This document shows positions 1-9,317 of a stretch of DNA of 29,887 nucleotides, piece by piece. Within the stretch, counting starts at the first letter, position 1, and each line of letters starts with the position of its first letter. The notes under the pieces are model-generated. The model made no database searches, was not told the DNA's origin, and saw only the letters and a list, made by a program, of their open reading frames with translations. Origin of the DNA: a virus (lineage: Duplodnaviria > Caudoviricetes); the IMG/VR virus record IMGVR_UViG_3300044527_000530, positions 1 through 29,887 of that record, one strand, 5' to 3'. The translations under genes and the position numbers were made by a program.

Positions 1-201
1 TGCCACGCGACCCGCGCGCCACGTATACCGAGGCGGCCGCTTGATGTTGATAGTCTGCCCAGGCGCATAACCGCGGGCCATGTTCGAAGTGAATTCACTT
101 TCCCAAGAGCGGTTCACGCCCTTGGCAAAAGTGAGCATGTTCTCCAGGATCGCAAGGGATTCCTTAGCGACTACACTGGTAGTTGCGAATGAATTAGACA
201 C
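1..201 (-). CDS. Major capsid protein, P22 gp5-like (5' part only; runs off the window)
   Basis: Hand translation from GTG at 201: MSNSFATTSVVAKESLAILENMLTFAKGVNRSWESEF...GQTINIKRPPRY. This is typical of a P22-coat N-terminus and lies directly after the scaffold. Confidence 0.85.
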   Translation of the reverse strand, partial: MSNSFATTSVVAKESLAILENMLTFAKGVNRSWESEFTSNMARGYAPGQTINIKRPPRYTWRAGRVA

Positions 202-231
202 GGCAAGTACCCTTTAAAACGGGTTGATTCC

Positions 232-1059
232 TTACCGGGCCCAGTTCGGCCTTTGCTTGCGACGCCACTCCGTGTAATCCTGCATAGACATCTTCGCGGG
301 ATCAGGAGACGTAGAGGAGCCGCTGCCAATAGGCTTGATTGGGTCCGGTGCCTTGCTCACGCGCGGCGCCTTAGTCGTCGCCAGATCGGCTTCAATCCGC
401 ACCAGTGCGCGCACTTGCTGCACCGGGGATAGCTGACTGATACGACTTGCTTCCGCAGGGTTTTTAGCTAGGTGGTACGTGAGCAACGCACCGCTTTCAC
501 TTTCTAGGATCATTTGCCGCATCACTTGCGACAAAGGTGCTTCTACTAAGAACTCTTCAATCGTCGGGACAATGTCCGGCACCGTGGCCGCCAGTTCGTG
601 AGCGGTCTTCTCAAACCGCTCCGCCTGTTCCCGAACGCTTGCTTGCTGCAAGTCTTGACTGCGCCTCGTTTCAAACTCGGCGAGCCGCTTTTCGAGCTTC
701 TGTTCCGCCTTCCATTCCGCACGCGCTTCGATGTATTCCTCATACGTCTCGAATGCATCGCGCTGCGGTGCGGCGTCTGTCGGCTCCGCCTTCTGCACGG
801 GTGCAGCGCGTTCTTCCGACATACGCTTGTAGAGTTCCGCTTCGGCCTCTTTCCTCGCGAGATACGCCGCATTGCGCTTGGACTTTCGCACAATGCGATC
901 CACCTCCTCCTGCGAGTAGACCTTCGCCGGCTTCTCTTCCTTCTCTTCCTGCTCCGCTTCCTCTGCCTGTTCAGGCTCGGCCGCGGGTTGCTGCTCCATC
1001 AGTTCGGCGAGCGGATGCGGTTCTTCCGCAACCACGCCGCCTAAGCTGGTTTCTTCCAT
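232..1059 (-). CDS. Scaffolding protein (P22 gp8-like)
   Basis: Acidic coiled-coil protein of 275 aa ending MSMQDYTEWRRKQ; GGAGG RBS; located just upstream of the coat gene. Confidence 0.85.
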   Translation of the reverse strand: MEETSLGGVVAEEPHPLAELMEQQPAAEPEQAEEAEQEEKEEKPAKVYSQEEVDRIVRKSKRNAAYLARKEAEAELYKRMSEERAAPVQKAEPTDAAPQRDAFETYEEYIEARAEWKAEQKLEKRLAEFETRRSQDLQQASVREQAERFEKTAHELAATVPDIVPTIEEFLVEAPLSQVMRQMILESESGALLTYHLAKNPAEASRISQLSPVQQVRALVRIEADLATTKAPRVSKAPDPIKPIGSGSSTSPDPAKMSMQDYTEWRRKQRPNWAR

Positions 1060-1084
1060 GGTCCTGCCTCCATCGACAGCGAGT

Positions 1085-1131
1085 CCGCATCTCGCGGGTC
1101 GCGTTTCGGGGATGCTCCGTCATCTCGACGG
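1085..1131 (-). promoter_or_regulatory. Two tandem hairpins with identical GAGAU loops in the scaffold 5' leader
   Basis: Minus-strand RNA reads CCGUC-GAGAU-GACGG (1131-1117) and CCGC-GAGAU-GCGG (1097-1085), just upstream of the RBS. Confidence 0.5.
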
Positions 1132-1161
1132 TGCTTGCGCCGTATAAACAGCCTTACTGCG

Positions 1162-3138
1162 TTAACTGTTCAACCCATATGCAACAAAGTCATCAAACAA
1201 AACACCAAGCGCAGATGACGCCTGCAATCCGGCCTTAGTTCCGCCAATATGCGTGCTTGATTGGACGGAATGAATCAGCATCCCGCGCCAATACACATCG
1301 ATGTTTTGGCCGTCACATTCCACGCGCAACCATTGCGGCAGCGTTGCCGGCGATGGCAAAAACGAAATTGTCTGATTAACCACCACGCTGCCGCTTACAA
1401 TGTTTTGAAACAGAACGCTAGTTAGCGCGTTCATCCCAACGCGCCAATAATTGTTTGCGTCCACAAACCTAAACATTAGCCAGCCTTGCCCGCTGGCCGG
1501 AAGCGCAGCCATGCGCACTTGAACGCACATATCACTGGCGCCCACTTCTACCCACGCCCGACAGTTGTTCGTGTTTAGATTGGTAGCGGAGCCCGAACCA
1601 TCACGGTTGATCGTGTTTGCATCCACTTGTGTCCAAGGCGACGTGAGCGCTGCAGCACCACCCGTGAACGGGTCCGCGTGTGCAACAACAGACGGCCTAT
1701 CTTGCGCGCTGACCGAGAACTGACTTTGCGCAATTGCAATAGCATCTGTCCGAAGCGTCTCTTTTCTGTTCATCTGCAGAGACTGCAACGCAATTCTCCA
1801 GTTAGGCGCCCCCTTGTTTGATATGTAACCAATGTAAGCCCAGGCTTTATTCTGCTCAACAATCAACGAGGATCGATAGTTTCGATTGCTCCTGTTTAGG
1901 CGACGAATGCTAAAGCTTGCTCCGTCCGTGTCGCTTTGCCACATCCACAACGACCCGCCGCCCGAATTGTTGTCTTGAACGATTGCAAGCACTCTTCCGC
2001 CTTCAAGACGATGCAAAGACGAATGCCACCACGTCAGGGAATCCGGGTGCGTTGGAGTAACCGTTGTCGGGACCACCGCGCTCCAACTTGTAATAAGATC
2101 GCCCGCCTTTGCCCATCGTTGAACCGGGAACCCGACCCCGTCCAGATTGTGCGTAATGATTACCCACTGCGTTCCGTTAAACCAAAAACTGGGACTGCCA
2201 AAATCTTGACTTGCTGTACTGCCAGTAAGCAAGACGGCAGGCGCGCTCCACGTTTTTCCATCGTTGGATCGCATACACATAAGTTGATTGGTAGAACTAG
2301 AAGTCAAGCGCCTGCGATACATTAGATACAAGTACCCATCCGTGTGCCAATACAAATGAACATCAGCGTTGTAGTCCGTCGGGCCAGTTGTTGGCTTGTC
2401 CACAATTGGATTTACAGCGCCGGGCGGGACAATCCACGAATCTAGATCATTGCTACAGAATACGCATGGATTTTCGCGGGCAGAATCCGAAGACGGATAA
2501 GGCGTGAGTGCAAGCCAGTATTTGTATCCGTTTAGTTTGTTCGGAATGACGACTGTGCTCGGATGCACGACCGATCGAGACTCATCCGTACCATCAAAGT
2601 ACGGACTTGGAATATTCAGCAGATCAAACGGCATTCCCTCGAAGTAAATGTCGTTCATTGAGATAGGCCGCTGCAGCGCATCCTCTGCTCTTGGGCGCCA
2701 TTTGTCATCGATGTCAGCCGCATACACGACCGCCGCGCCCAGGCTGTTAAGTCTTGTGATTTGTCCGTTTACTGAAAAGTAGACGTTAGGCCCTAGCAAC
2801 AACATCGCATCGGGCCGCGTTGTAAACGTGTCCCCTTGTATTTCGTACACACCCGGCGTGTACAAAGACACCATTGCATTGGCGTTTAGTGCGGACTGAA
2901 TAGCATTGCTATTTTGCGCGGCCCCACTTGCCGGATTTGCCCCTAACAGTTCCGCAGCAAGTGTTTTTGCTGGCGCCGATTCCACAGAAAACGGCGCATT
3001 CGGGATATAAGTGCTCCCGTTTGTCAAATTAGACGAAGCCGCCAATTGCGAGACAAGCGCCGCCTCTGTCGCTCGGTCCAGTTCTACGACGGCATTGGCG
3101 GGGAACCCGTTAAACGGGCGCAAAAGTCTGACGGTCAT
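1162..3138 (-). CDS. Virion-associated sialidase/BNR beta-propeller protein with a C-terminal lectin-like beta-sandwich
   Basis: Asp-box-like repeats SNDLDSW, SNDGKTW and SDTDGASF; HPS...YWLALTPYP...ENP motif; beta-rich C-terminus; ATGA-coupled to portal; visibly more AT-rich than its neighbours. Confidence 0.65.
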   Translation of the reverse strand: MTVRLLRPFNGFPANAVVELDRATEAALVSQLAASSNLTNGSTYIPNAPFSVESAPAKTLAAELLGANPASGAAQNSNAIQSALNANAMVSLYTPGVYEIQGDTFTTRPDAMLLLGPNVYFSVNGQITRLNSLGAAVVYAADIDDKWRPRAEDALQRPISMNDIYFEGMPFDLLNIPSPYFDGTDESRSVVHPSTVVIPNKLNGYKYWLALTPYPSSDSARENPCVFCSNDLDSWIVPPGAVNPIVDKPTTGPTDYNADVHLYWHTDGYLYLMYRRRLTSSSTNQLMCMRSNDGKTWSAPAVLLTGSTASQDFGSPSFWFNGTQWVIITHNLDGVGFPVQRWAKAGDLITSWSAVVPTTVTPTHPDSLTWWHSSLHRLEGGRVLAIVQDNNSGGGSLWMWQSDTDGASFSIRRLNRSNRNYRSSLIVEQNKAWAYIGYISNKGAPNWRIALQSLQMNRKETLRTDAIAIAQSQFSVSAQDRPSVVAHADPFTGGAAALTSPWTQVDANTINRDGSGSATNLNTNNCRAWVEVGASDMCVQVRMAALPASGQGWLMFRFVDANNYWRVGMNALTSVLFQNIVSGSVVVNQTISFLPSPATLPQWLRVECDGQNIDVYWRGMLIHSVQSSTHIGGTKAGLQASSALGVLFDDFVAYGLNS

Positions 3139-5225
3139 TGCATCGGTCCTTGTTCAAATCCGGTTCCCATCACGGGAGCGGGAACAAGCGCATCGGCGAG
3201 TTGACCGAGCGCCGCTTCGATTTGCTGGATGCGACCGCCCAAGTCTTGGAGCGGCTGCATTTGTGCCTTCATTTCCTCGACGACGACCTTCGTGGTCGCG
3301 TCTACGTCAATCTTGTACTTCTCCAGCCTGCGATCCTCGGCCTTCTGCGTCGCTTCGGCTTTCAGCATCTGGTTCTCGCGCTGCAGGACCTCGATGTATT
3401 GCGTCGCCTGCTCGATCTGCTGTACAACCTGCGGAGGCAGGTCCTCTTCTTCTTCGTCCTTCTCGCGCGTGAGTTCGGGCGGAATGGTTTTCTTGATCCG
3501 CTCGGCAATCTCCTCGGCGCCGGGCCAGTCCATTGCCTTGACGACCTTGTCGCCGGCAATGTCCATGAGCTTCGGCCAGGACTGCCCGAATTCCACCATG
3601 GCCTGGGCCGCTTCCTGCCGCATCGTCGAGTAGGCCGGGCCAGTCGTTACCGTAACGTCATACGTGCCGACGCGAACATCGTTCAGCACGTTTTCAATGG
3701 TCTGGATTTGTTGCGTGAACTCGTCGAGTTCGTGCTTCATCTCGACCTTGTTTACCGTCTCGAACTTTAGCGATTCGTCTTCGCCCATGATCCGCACGAC
3801 ACGCTGTGTGTCGTAAATCTTCGGAATCCACGAGACGATGACGCGCCCGGCATGCCGAATGGCGCGCGACAGGTTGTCCACGTAGTGATAGTTCGCGACA
3901 TCGCCTTCCCGCTGTCTCGCAAGAATCGCGCGCCCGCTAGTCTCATTGCCACGCGCACCGAGCGACGCATCGAAAATGCCGGTTGTCGCCTTGATGTTGT
4001 CGTTAGCGTGCATCGCCATTGCGAGCATGCCGCTCGGAATGTCGGCCGGCTGTGAACGCTGCGGAGGCGGAACGAGGATGCCGTCAACCGTCGTGGGCTT
4101 GTACGTCAGATAAGCGAAGGACCGATTGTTAGCCTGCGACCACTGATCCTCGTAATCCTCTGCCTGCCCTTCGGCCATGATGAACGGCGTCTTCGGGCGC
4201 AGTGCAACCTCTTCCGTGGCCGACGTGAGCCAGTAGTTATAGGCCCTCTGCGGGTCCTTCGCGAACCGCACAACGCCGCTACGGATAACCTTGCCGTCTA
4301 GGTCAATCTCATCGCCGTAGACCGGGAAAACGGGGATGAAGCGGCCCGGGATCTCGCGCTCTTCGAGCACGTCGTAACCCGTGCACTTGCGCCACATAAC
4401 CACGCGCTTATGCGTCGGACGTTCCTTGACGCAGAAAGCCGGGTCATAGTTCGGCATCTCGTCTTTGTAGCCCGTCGTACCGTCAGCCATCAGGCACAGC
4501 GTGGCCGGCTTCAGTTCGATCCGGTAGTACTCGGCCACGCGCACGGAATCGACGGACAGCCATTGCACGTTTGCATCGCCGGGACCAGTCGGCCAGTTCG
4601 CCGAGTCGGATGCGTTCGCCTTCGGGTATTCGCGCTTGAACTCGTCGCGCGGCACTTCTTCGCTGATGACACACCAGAGCATGTCGGAGCCGTCGGGCTC
4701 CAGATGCGGCCCGCAGTAGACCGTAAACGGGTTGCGAATCCTCTTGAACTTGATGTCCTGGTCAAAGGAAGTTTCGTCGCAGTATTCCGTGACGAGCCGG
4801 AAGTACCCGAAGCCGATCTGCACAGCGTTCGCCGTTGCGCTGTCATAGCAAAAATCGGCATTGCTGCTGTACTCGATATGCCGGATCAAGCCCTGGATGA
4901 TCTGCGCAGTCTCAACGTCCGCGTTGTCATCGACGGGATGAATCTTTATCGACGGCTTGTTCTGCCGCTGATCGTTCGTGATCTGGTGGATAAACGCAGG
5001 CAGTTTGTTAATCGTGAGGCACGGCCGTGCTTCCAACTCCCGCGTGCGTCGCCACGCATCGGGCCACTGCTGCCCGGCCACGAAGCGCAAATCCTCCAAG
5101 GCTTCGGAACGAGTATCGGCATCGAAGTCCACCGCCCACTGCACGCGCTTGCGCAATTCGGCAAGGATTCCGTCCTTGTCGTATGCGAGCTTGCCGTCGT
5201 CCGCGTCGATGGTGTCGTCGTTCAT
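3135..5225 (-). CDS. Portal protein (P22 gp1-like), 696 aa
   Basis: Motifs EDLRFVAGQQW, RPCLTINKL, KDPQRAYNYW and ETSGRAILARQ. The start is placed at MNDDT (5225) because it gives an ATGA overlap with the GNAT stop. Confidence 0.93.
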   Translation of the reverse strand: MNDDTIDADDGKLAYDKDGILAELRKRVQWAVDFDADTRSEALEDLRFVAGQQWPDAWRRTRELEARPCLTINKLPAFIHQITNDQRQNKPSIKIHPVDDNADVETAQIIQGLIRHIEYSSNADFCYDSATANAVQIGFGYFRLVTEYCDETSFDQDIKFKRIRNPFTVYCGPHLEPDGSDMLWCVISEEVPRDEFKREYPKANASDSANWPTGPGDANVQWLSVDSVRVAEYYRIELKPATLCLMADGTTGYKDEMPNYDPAFCVKERPTHKRVVMWRKCTGYDVLEEREIPGRFIPVFPVYGDEIDLDGKVIRSGVVRFAKDPQRAYNYWLTSATEEVALRPKTPFIMAEGQAEDYEDQWSQANNRSFAYLTYKPTTVDGILVPPPQRSQPADIPSGMLAMAMHANDNIKATTGIFDASLGARGNETSGRAILARQREGDVANYHYVDNLSRAIRHAGRVIVSWIPKIYDTQRVVRIMGEDESLKFETVNKVEMKHELDEFTQQIQTIENVLNDVRVGTYDVTVTTGPAYSTMRQEAAQAMVEFGQSWPKLMDIAGDKVVKAMDWPGAEEIAERIKKTIPPELTREKDEEEEDLPPQVVQQIEQATQYIEVLQRENQMLKAEATQKAEDRRLEKYKIDVDATTKVVVEEMKAQMQPLQDLGGRIQQIEAALGQLADALVPAPVMGTGFEQGPMQ

Positions 5226-5542
5226 TGCGGCACCCGAACCATCAGCACTTCCGGCTCGGCCTGAAAGCGCACGAAGCCATGACGCGCGTAGAACGCTTCG
5301 AGCTGGTCGCTCGTCATCTCGCCTTCGGACTTGACCTCCACGAGCAGCGCCACCGCATGCTGATCGGCTGCGCTCGTCAAGTAGTGCATCAGCGCCGTGC
5401 CCCAACCCTTGCGCCGCTCGGACTCCGGCACATGCACGCTAGTGACTTCGCGAAGACTGTCCGCCAGATCGGCACGCAGGCCGATGTCCGCGTGCCCGAC
5501 GTAACAGGAGGCAGGGCCGAGAGTCAGGTTGCGCGGCGTCAT
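5222..5542 (-). CDS. GNAT-family N-acetyltransferase
   Basis: Acetyl-CoA motif A (VHVPESERRKGWGTALM) and motif B (AFYARHGF); ATGA-coupled to both terL and portal. Confidence 0.8.
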   Translation of the reverse strand: MTPRNLTLGPASCYVGHADIGLRADLADSLREVTSVHVPESERRKGWGTALMHYLTSAADQHAVALLVEVKSEGEMTSDQLEAFYARHGFVRFQAEPEVLMVRVPQ

Positions 5543-6903
5543 GCCATCCACCCCATCGGCGCGATGTAGTTCTTGCCCACCGGGTTGCCGTACTCGTCGA
5601 GTTCCTTCGCCTTCTCGACCTTCGCGCCCTTCAACACGCCCGGGAACAGTTCGGTAAGGCCCCAGATGACCGCGTCAGCACGGTTCGGAGACTTGTCGCC
5701 GAGATAGCCCACGGTCGAGAACGCGCACAGTTCGTCCTCGAGTTCGGGAAAGTAGCCGACGTGGCGGACCTTGCCCTGCTCATACAGCGACGAGATAGGC
5801 TCGGCGCGCACGACCTTGCCGCGGGATGCCGTGACCTTCTTGAACGGCGTGCGCGGGCGCGCAGCCTGCACGACCATGCGCACCATGTCGCCGCCGTAGT
5901 TCGTCTCGCCCACGACTACGTCCGCGTCATGCCGCTCGAATGCGCTTGTGGATACCTTGCCCCAGGTTTCGGGACCGGCTTTCACGGTGCAGTCCTCAAG
6001 CACGTACGCATTGCCATCGGTGCCGAGCCCGACGACTGCAATCCCGATAGCATCGTTATCCGCGTTGTCTACGTCACCCGAGCCCGAGGGATCGACCGCC
6101 ACGACGACACGCACCATGTCGGGCAGTTTGGCATCCAGAATCCGCCATTTGTCGATGACCTCATCGGAGAACAGCGCATTCGGCGTGGCGTCTGCGAACT
6201 CGCCACGCAGGAACCGCTTCTGCAGTCGCGGCGACAGCCCTTGCAGCGTCTCCAAATACCCAGCCGGCAGGTTCTGCGCGTTGTCCTGCGGATTGATCTG
6301 AAAGTAGTCGTAGTCTGCCGGCCGCTGCAGTGTCAGCTTGCTGTCCGGGTCGCGTTTCTCGACGAACAGCCGATAGGTCCAATGCGCTTTGCTAGGCGGG
6401 TTGCAGTCGTAATACATGCGCGGCTGCAGGGGAGCTTCGCGCCCGTCGAATCGCTGCGTGACAGACTGCGCTAGGCGCGTCACGGCTAGATCGCGCGAGG
6501 ACTGCGGAATCTGCGAGCACTCGTTCAGGTAGATCGTGGCGAACTCTTTGCCGAGAATCTTCTCGGTGCGCTCTTTGTCATCCAGTCCGCCGAACCAGAT
6601 TTCCGAGCCGTTCGGAAACGTCGCAATCCAGTCGGTGCGGTTGAGTTCATACCGCACAGCCGGGAACGCCAGTTCCATGACCTTCGGGAACGTCTCCTGC
6701 ACAATGCTGGCTTTGCAGTGCGCGAAGGCGAAACGGAAGATGGCATGCCGAGACTTAGCCGCCTTGAGAGCCCGCATAACGACGTTACGCACGAGCAGGA
6801 ACGTCTTGCCACTGCGAGAGCCGCCGAAGAGCATCAGATGCGTGGCAGGCCCTGTCAGGACCTCTTGCGCGCGTAGTTGCTTCTGAGTAAGGGCGAACGT
6901 CAC
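5539..6903 (-). CDS. terL: Terminase large subunit
   Basis: Walker A GGSRSGKT; Walker B IYLNE; DCNPP coupling motif; RNase H-like VAVDPS...DRADA-type C-terminus (NRADA). Confidence 0.95.
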   Translation of the reverse strand: MTFALTQKQLRAQEVLTGPATHLMLFGGSRSGKTFLLVRNVVMRALKAAKSRHAIFRFAFAHCKASIVQETFPKVMELAFPAVRYELNRTDWIATFPNGSEIWFGGLDDKERTEKILGKEFATIYLNECSQIPQSSRDLAVTRLAQSVTQRFDGREAPLQPRMYYDCNPPSKAHWTYRLFVEKRDPDSKLTLQRPADYDYFQINPQDNAQNLPAGYLETLQGLSPRLQKRFLRGEFADATPNALFSDEVIDKWRILDAKLPDMVRVVVAVDPSGSGDVDNADNDAIGIAVVGLGTDGNAYVLEDCTVKAGPETWGKVSTSAFERHDADVVVGETNYGGDMVRMVVQAARPRTPFKKVTASRGKVVRAEPISSLYEQGKVRHVGYFPELEDELCAFSTVGYLGDKSPNRADAVIWGLTELFPGVLKGAKVEKAKELDEYGNPVGKNYIAPMGWMA

Positions 6904-7199
6904 AGCTTCTCGTCCTGCTGCGTGGCCTTCACCTCGATAGCGCCGCCGTCCTTGCCCGTCAGTTCGGTGCGCTGAAGCTTGGGCACGTGGTACTCGACTA
7001 CGTCCATGAAGCAGTTAAACGCCGTCTTGGCGCCCTCTTCACGGGCAATCTCTTCAAGCCAGCCCTGCAACTTGTCGGCATTGCCATCGACGAAGCGAGC
7101 AATAGCCTCGCGAGCTAACGCAGTCGTCTTGTTCGGAGCGCCAGGCGGCCGCCCCATACGAGACTTTTTTTCGCTATTAAAGTCTTGCGACATCGTCAC
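6900..7199 (-). CDS. terS: Terminase small subunit (putative)
   Basis: GRPPGAPNK N-terminal motif and ELTGKDGGAIEV C-terminal motif; coupled to terL. Confidence 0.75.
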   Translation of the reverse strand: MTMSQDFNSEKKSRMGRPPGAPNKTTALAREAIARFVDGNADKLQGWLEEIAREEGAKTAFNCFMDVVEYHVPKLQRTELTGKDGGAIEVKATQQDEKL

Positions 7200-7402
7200 G
7201 ACTTCGTAATGTCCAAAGCCGCCGCCTTCGTCCTGAACGCCTGTTCAGCCGAAACGACAGCCGGGCGCAGAGCATCGAGGTCGGCATTGAGCCGGTCTAT
7301 CTGCGCTTCGAGCGCCCTGATTTGGGTAACGATATCTTCGGCCCGAGTGCGCACGGATTCGAGCGAATCCAGGGAACTGCGCACTTCGTCAAACGTAGCC
7401 AT
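7196..7402 (-). CDS. Hypothetical coiled-coil protein, probably the first late gene
   Basis: 68 aa heptad pattern; GTGA overlap with terS. Confidence 0.7.
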   Translation of the reverse strand: MATFDEVRSSLDSLESVRTRAEDIVTQIRALEAQIDRLNADLDALRPAVVSAEQAFRTKAAALDITKS

Positions 7403-7411
7403 AGACGGACC

Positions 7412-7468
7412 TATCCCACGGGATAAAGTCCTTATACGGAATGCTGCGTCAAATGTGTTTTACATTTG
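7412..7468 (-). promoter_or_regulatory. Candidate late promoter with palindromic protein-binding sites
   Basis: Minus-strand TATAAG at 7436-7431; perfect inverted repeats CAAATGT-N5-ACATTTG (7450-7468) and TATCCC-AC-GGGATA (7412-7425) at the only non-coding gap before the packaging genes. Confidence 0.45.
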
Positions 7469-7652
7469 CAGCATGAAGTTGTCGGAGCCGTTCGCCGACA
7501 TGCCAGGACGGTTCAGTTCCCGGTTGCCGCAACTGCCCGATGCGTGCGCGAGTGCAGCCGCAGTGCCGTGCGATGCTGGCGCAGTTCCACACCATGCGCC
7601 CGTCGGGATGACGTAGGCGTAGGAGTTCAGTGATGAGGGTTGGCCAGTTCAA
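7449..7652 (-). CDS. Small HTH DNA-binding protein, candidate late regulator
   Basis: TTG start overlapping the upstream stop (TTGA); NCASIARHCGCTRARIGQLR is HTH-like. Confidence 0.65.
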   Translation of the reverse strand: MNWPTLITELLRLRHPDGRMVWNCASIARHCGCTRARIGQLRQPGTEPSWHVGERLRQLHAANVKHI

Positions 7653-8071
7653 GCCGCCTCCCGTTTCGCTACCGGCAACGACTCCCGCACGATCATGGCA
7701 AACGTGAGCAAGTCCATCTCGACCCACGCGCCCCCATAGGAGTTCGTCATGCTGGCCATGCTGCTTAGGCATACGGAAACATCCTGCAGCAGCACCCTAA
7801 CCCGCCACGGCTGGCGAGAGGCCCGGTAACACAGCGCCGGCATCCGTCCGTCATGATTGCCCTGCGCCTTCGCCTGCTCCCACCATTCCGACCTGAACCC
7901 GGTTTCGTGCCGCTTGCACTCAATCGCCCAGCCGGGGATTTCAATGCCATCTGCCCCGCCCTTGCGCGCCTGATCCACGTTTCGGCGAACCACGAAGCCG
8001 AGATGCTCAGACAGCAAGTTGAACAGTTCCCGCTCCGCTGCTGCGCCTTTGTTGCGTTGCATGGCACCCAT
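7649..8071 (-). CDS. PD-(D/E)XK nuclease, Holliday-junction-resolvase-like
   Basis: RNKGAAAERE...GGADG...AIECKR motif; TGATG overlap at 8071. Confidence 0.8.
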   Translation of the reverse strand: MGAMQRNKGAAAERELFNLLSEHLGFVVRRNVDQARKGGADGIEIPGWAIECKRHETGFRSEWWEQAKAQGNHDGRMPALCYRASRQPWRVRVLLQDVSVCLSSMASMTNSYGGAWVEMDLLTFAMIVRESLPVAKREAA

Positions 8072-8271
8072 CACAATTCCCCCTTCAGCCACCGATTCAA
8101 CTGCGCGTCATCAACCCGCGCCGAAGACCTCGCAGCCCGTGCAGCCGCAGCGACCTTGCGCTTGTGCCTGGCAATCCGCTCCCTCGACCTTGCCCACAGC
8201 AGCGCAGCCACGCAGCCCACTACCAGCCCGGTCCAGAGGCCGAACACGAAGCCCCACTCGGTTGCGCTCAT
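8071..8271 (-). CDS. Small membrane protein
   Basis: N-terminal hydrophobic helix with a basic tail; coupled overlaps on both sides. Confidence 0.7.
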   Translation of the reverse strand: MSATEWGFVFGLWTGLVVGCVAALLWARSRERIARHKRKVAAAARAARSSARVDDAQLNRWLKGEL

Positions 8272-8534
8272 ACCGTCACCTCGCGTTCAGTCTCGACGCT
8301 CTCGGGCAGTGCGGGCGGGTCAATGCGGATAAGGCGGGAAAGTTGCGGCCCGAACCCGCCTCCCTCAACGTCCGCAATCGTGTCGCTAAAGCGTTTGCCG
8401 CAGCCCCAACACTGCCCGTTGACCAAATGAATAACTGACACGACGCGAAACGCAAAACCGATCTTGTTTATCGATCCACAGCACGGCGTCGGCCGCACCA
8501 CCATCACCAAGTCACCCGCCTTGATATCGCTCAT
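8268..8534 (-). CDS. Hypothetical protein (CC/CxxC, possibly Zn-binding)
   Basis: IKAGDLVMVV start, PCC and CWGC motifs, coupled overlaps. Confidence 0.7.
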   Translation of the reverse strand: MSDIKAGDLVMVVRPTPCCGSINKIGFAFRVVSVIHLVNGQCWGCGKRFSDTIADVEGGGFGPQLSRLIRIDPPALPESVETEREVTV

Positions 8535-8686
8535 TTCCCGCCCTCCTTCTCCCTTAGCTGCTCCAGCTTCCGCTTAAGCGACAAATCCATCTCGAGCAGC
8601 GTGCGTTGCACAGCCTCGTCCTGCTCTCTTTTCACCCGCTCGATCTCGCGCAGGTAGTCCTGGGAATACGGCTCTCGCTTGTTCAT
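8531..8686 (-). CDS. Hypothetical 51-aa protein (not in the ORF track)
   Basis: MNKREPYSQDYLREIERVKREQDEAVQRTLLEMDLSLKRKLEQLREKEGGK; ATGA overlaps at both ends. Confidence 0.7.
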   Translation of the reverse strand: MNKREPYSQDYLREIERVKREQDEAVQRTLLEMDLSLKRKLEQLREKEGGK

Positions 8687-9069
8687 ATCGCCGCCTCGTC
8701 ATGAGCGAGCCGATGTTTGCGCGTCTGCAGCACTCGAAACTGCGGCAGAGGCGGCGTGAGCAGTTCGATGAGCGCGACAGGCTGGCCCACGAGTTTCCGC
8801 TGCCCCTGACTCGGCAAGTCGGCCAGCGTTGTCCCGGGCCGCGCGTACAGGTTCGCAGGCCCGAACTTGGACCATTCTTTGCCGACGACTTCGAGGTGCC
8901 CGCTTTCCACCAGCCGCGTGCAGGCCCCTTTGACGGCGCTCGGCGTGCGATCCCCAAGCCGTGTGTGCAGCGTTGCTGCCGTCACGGCCTCTCCCGCCTT
9001 GAGCACCCGCAGAATCGACAGGCGGCTTTTGTTCTTCGCAATCTCGGAACGTTTGCGCGTTGACTTCAT
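8683..9069 (-). CDS. Winged-helix-like DNA-binding protein
   Basis: ILRVLKAGEAVTAATLHTRLG...AVKGACTRLVESGHLE pattern. Confidence 0.65.
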   Translation of the reverse strand: MKSTRKRSEIAKNKSRLSILRVLKAGEAVTAATLHTRLGDRTPSAVKGACTRLVESGHLEVVGKEWSKFGPANLYARPGTTLADLPSQGQRKLVGQPVALIELLTPPLPQFRVLQTRKHRLAHDEAAI

Positions 9070-9317
9070 CGTTTCATCCTCCTCGCCTTCCTCGGCGGTT
9101 CGTCAGCAATAACCGGGACGACGGACACGCATCCCGGATTCGATTCGGCGCCATCGACGTAAAGGGCCGCGCCAGGCCCCAGGAGCGGCGCAGGGACGCG
9201 CAGGCTACCCTCCATGCTCCCGGTTGGTTTAAACGTCACCATGCCCGCCACAACGCGGACGCGGGCCATCCGCGATCCGGTCGGGGAGATGATTTCGATT
9301 TCTACGGCGTCGCTCAT
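9066..9317 (-). CDS. Hypothetical protein, 83 aa
   Basis: Start MSDAVEIEII overlaps the helicase stop (ATGA). Confidence 0.65.
   Translation of the reverse strand: MSDAVEIEIISPTGSRMARVRVVAGMVTFKPTGSMEGSLRVPAPLLGPGAALYVDGAESNPGCVSVVPVIADEPPRKARRMKR

Noticed and set aside
5226-5405. N-terminal extensions in the ORF track (portal, helicase, methylase, cII, cI, int)
   Set aside because: They overlap real upstream genes; internal starts give ATGA/GTGA coupling or sit correctly after an RBS or promoter.
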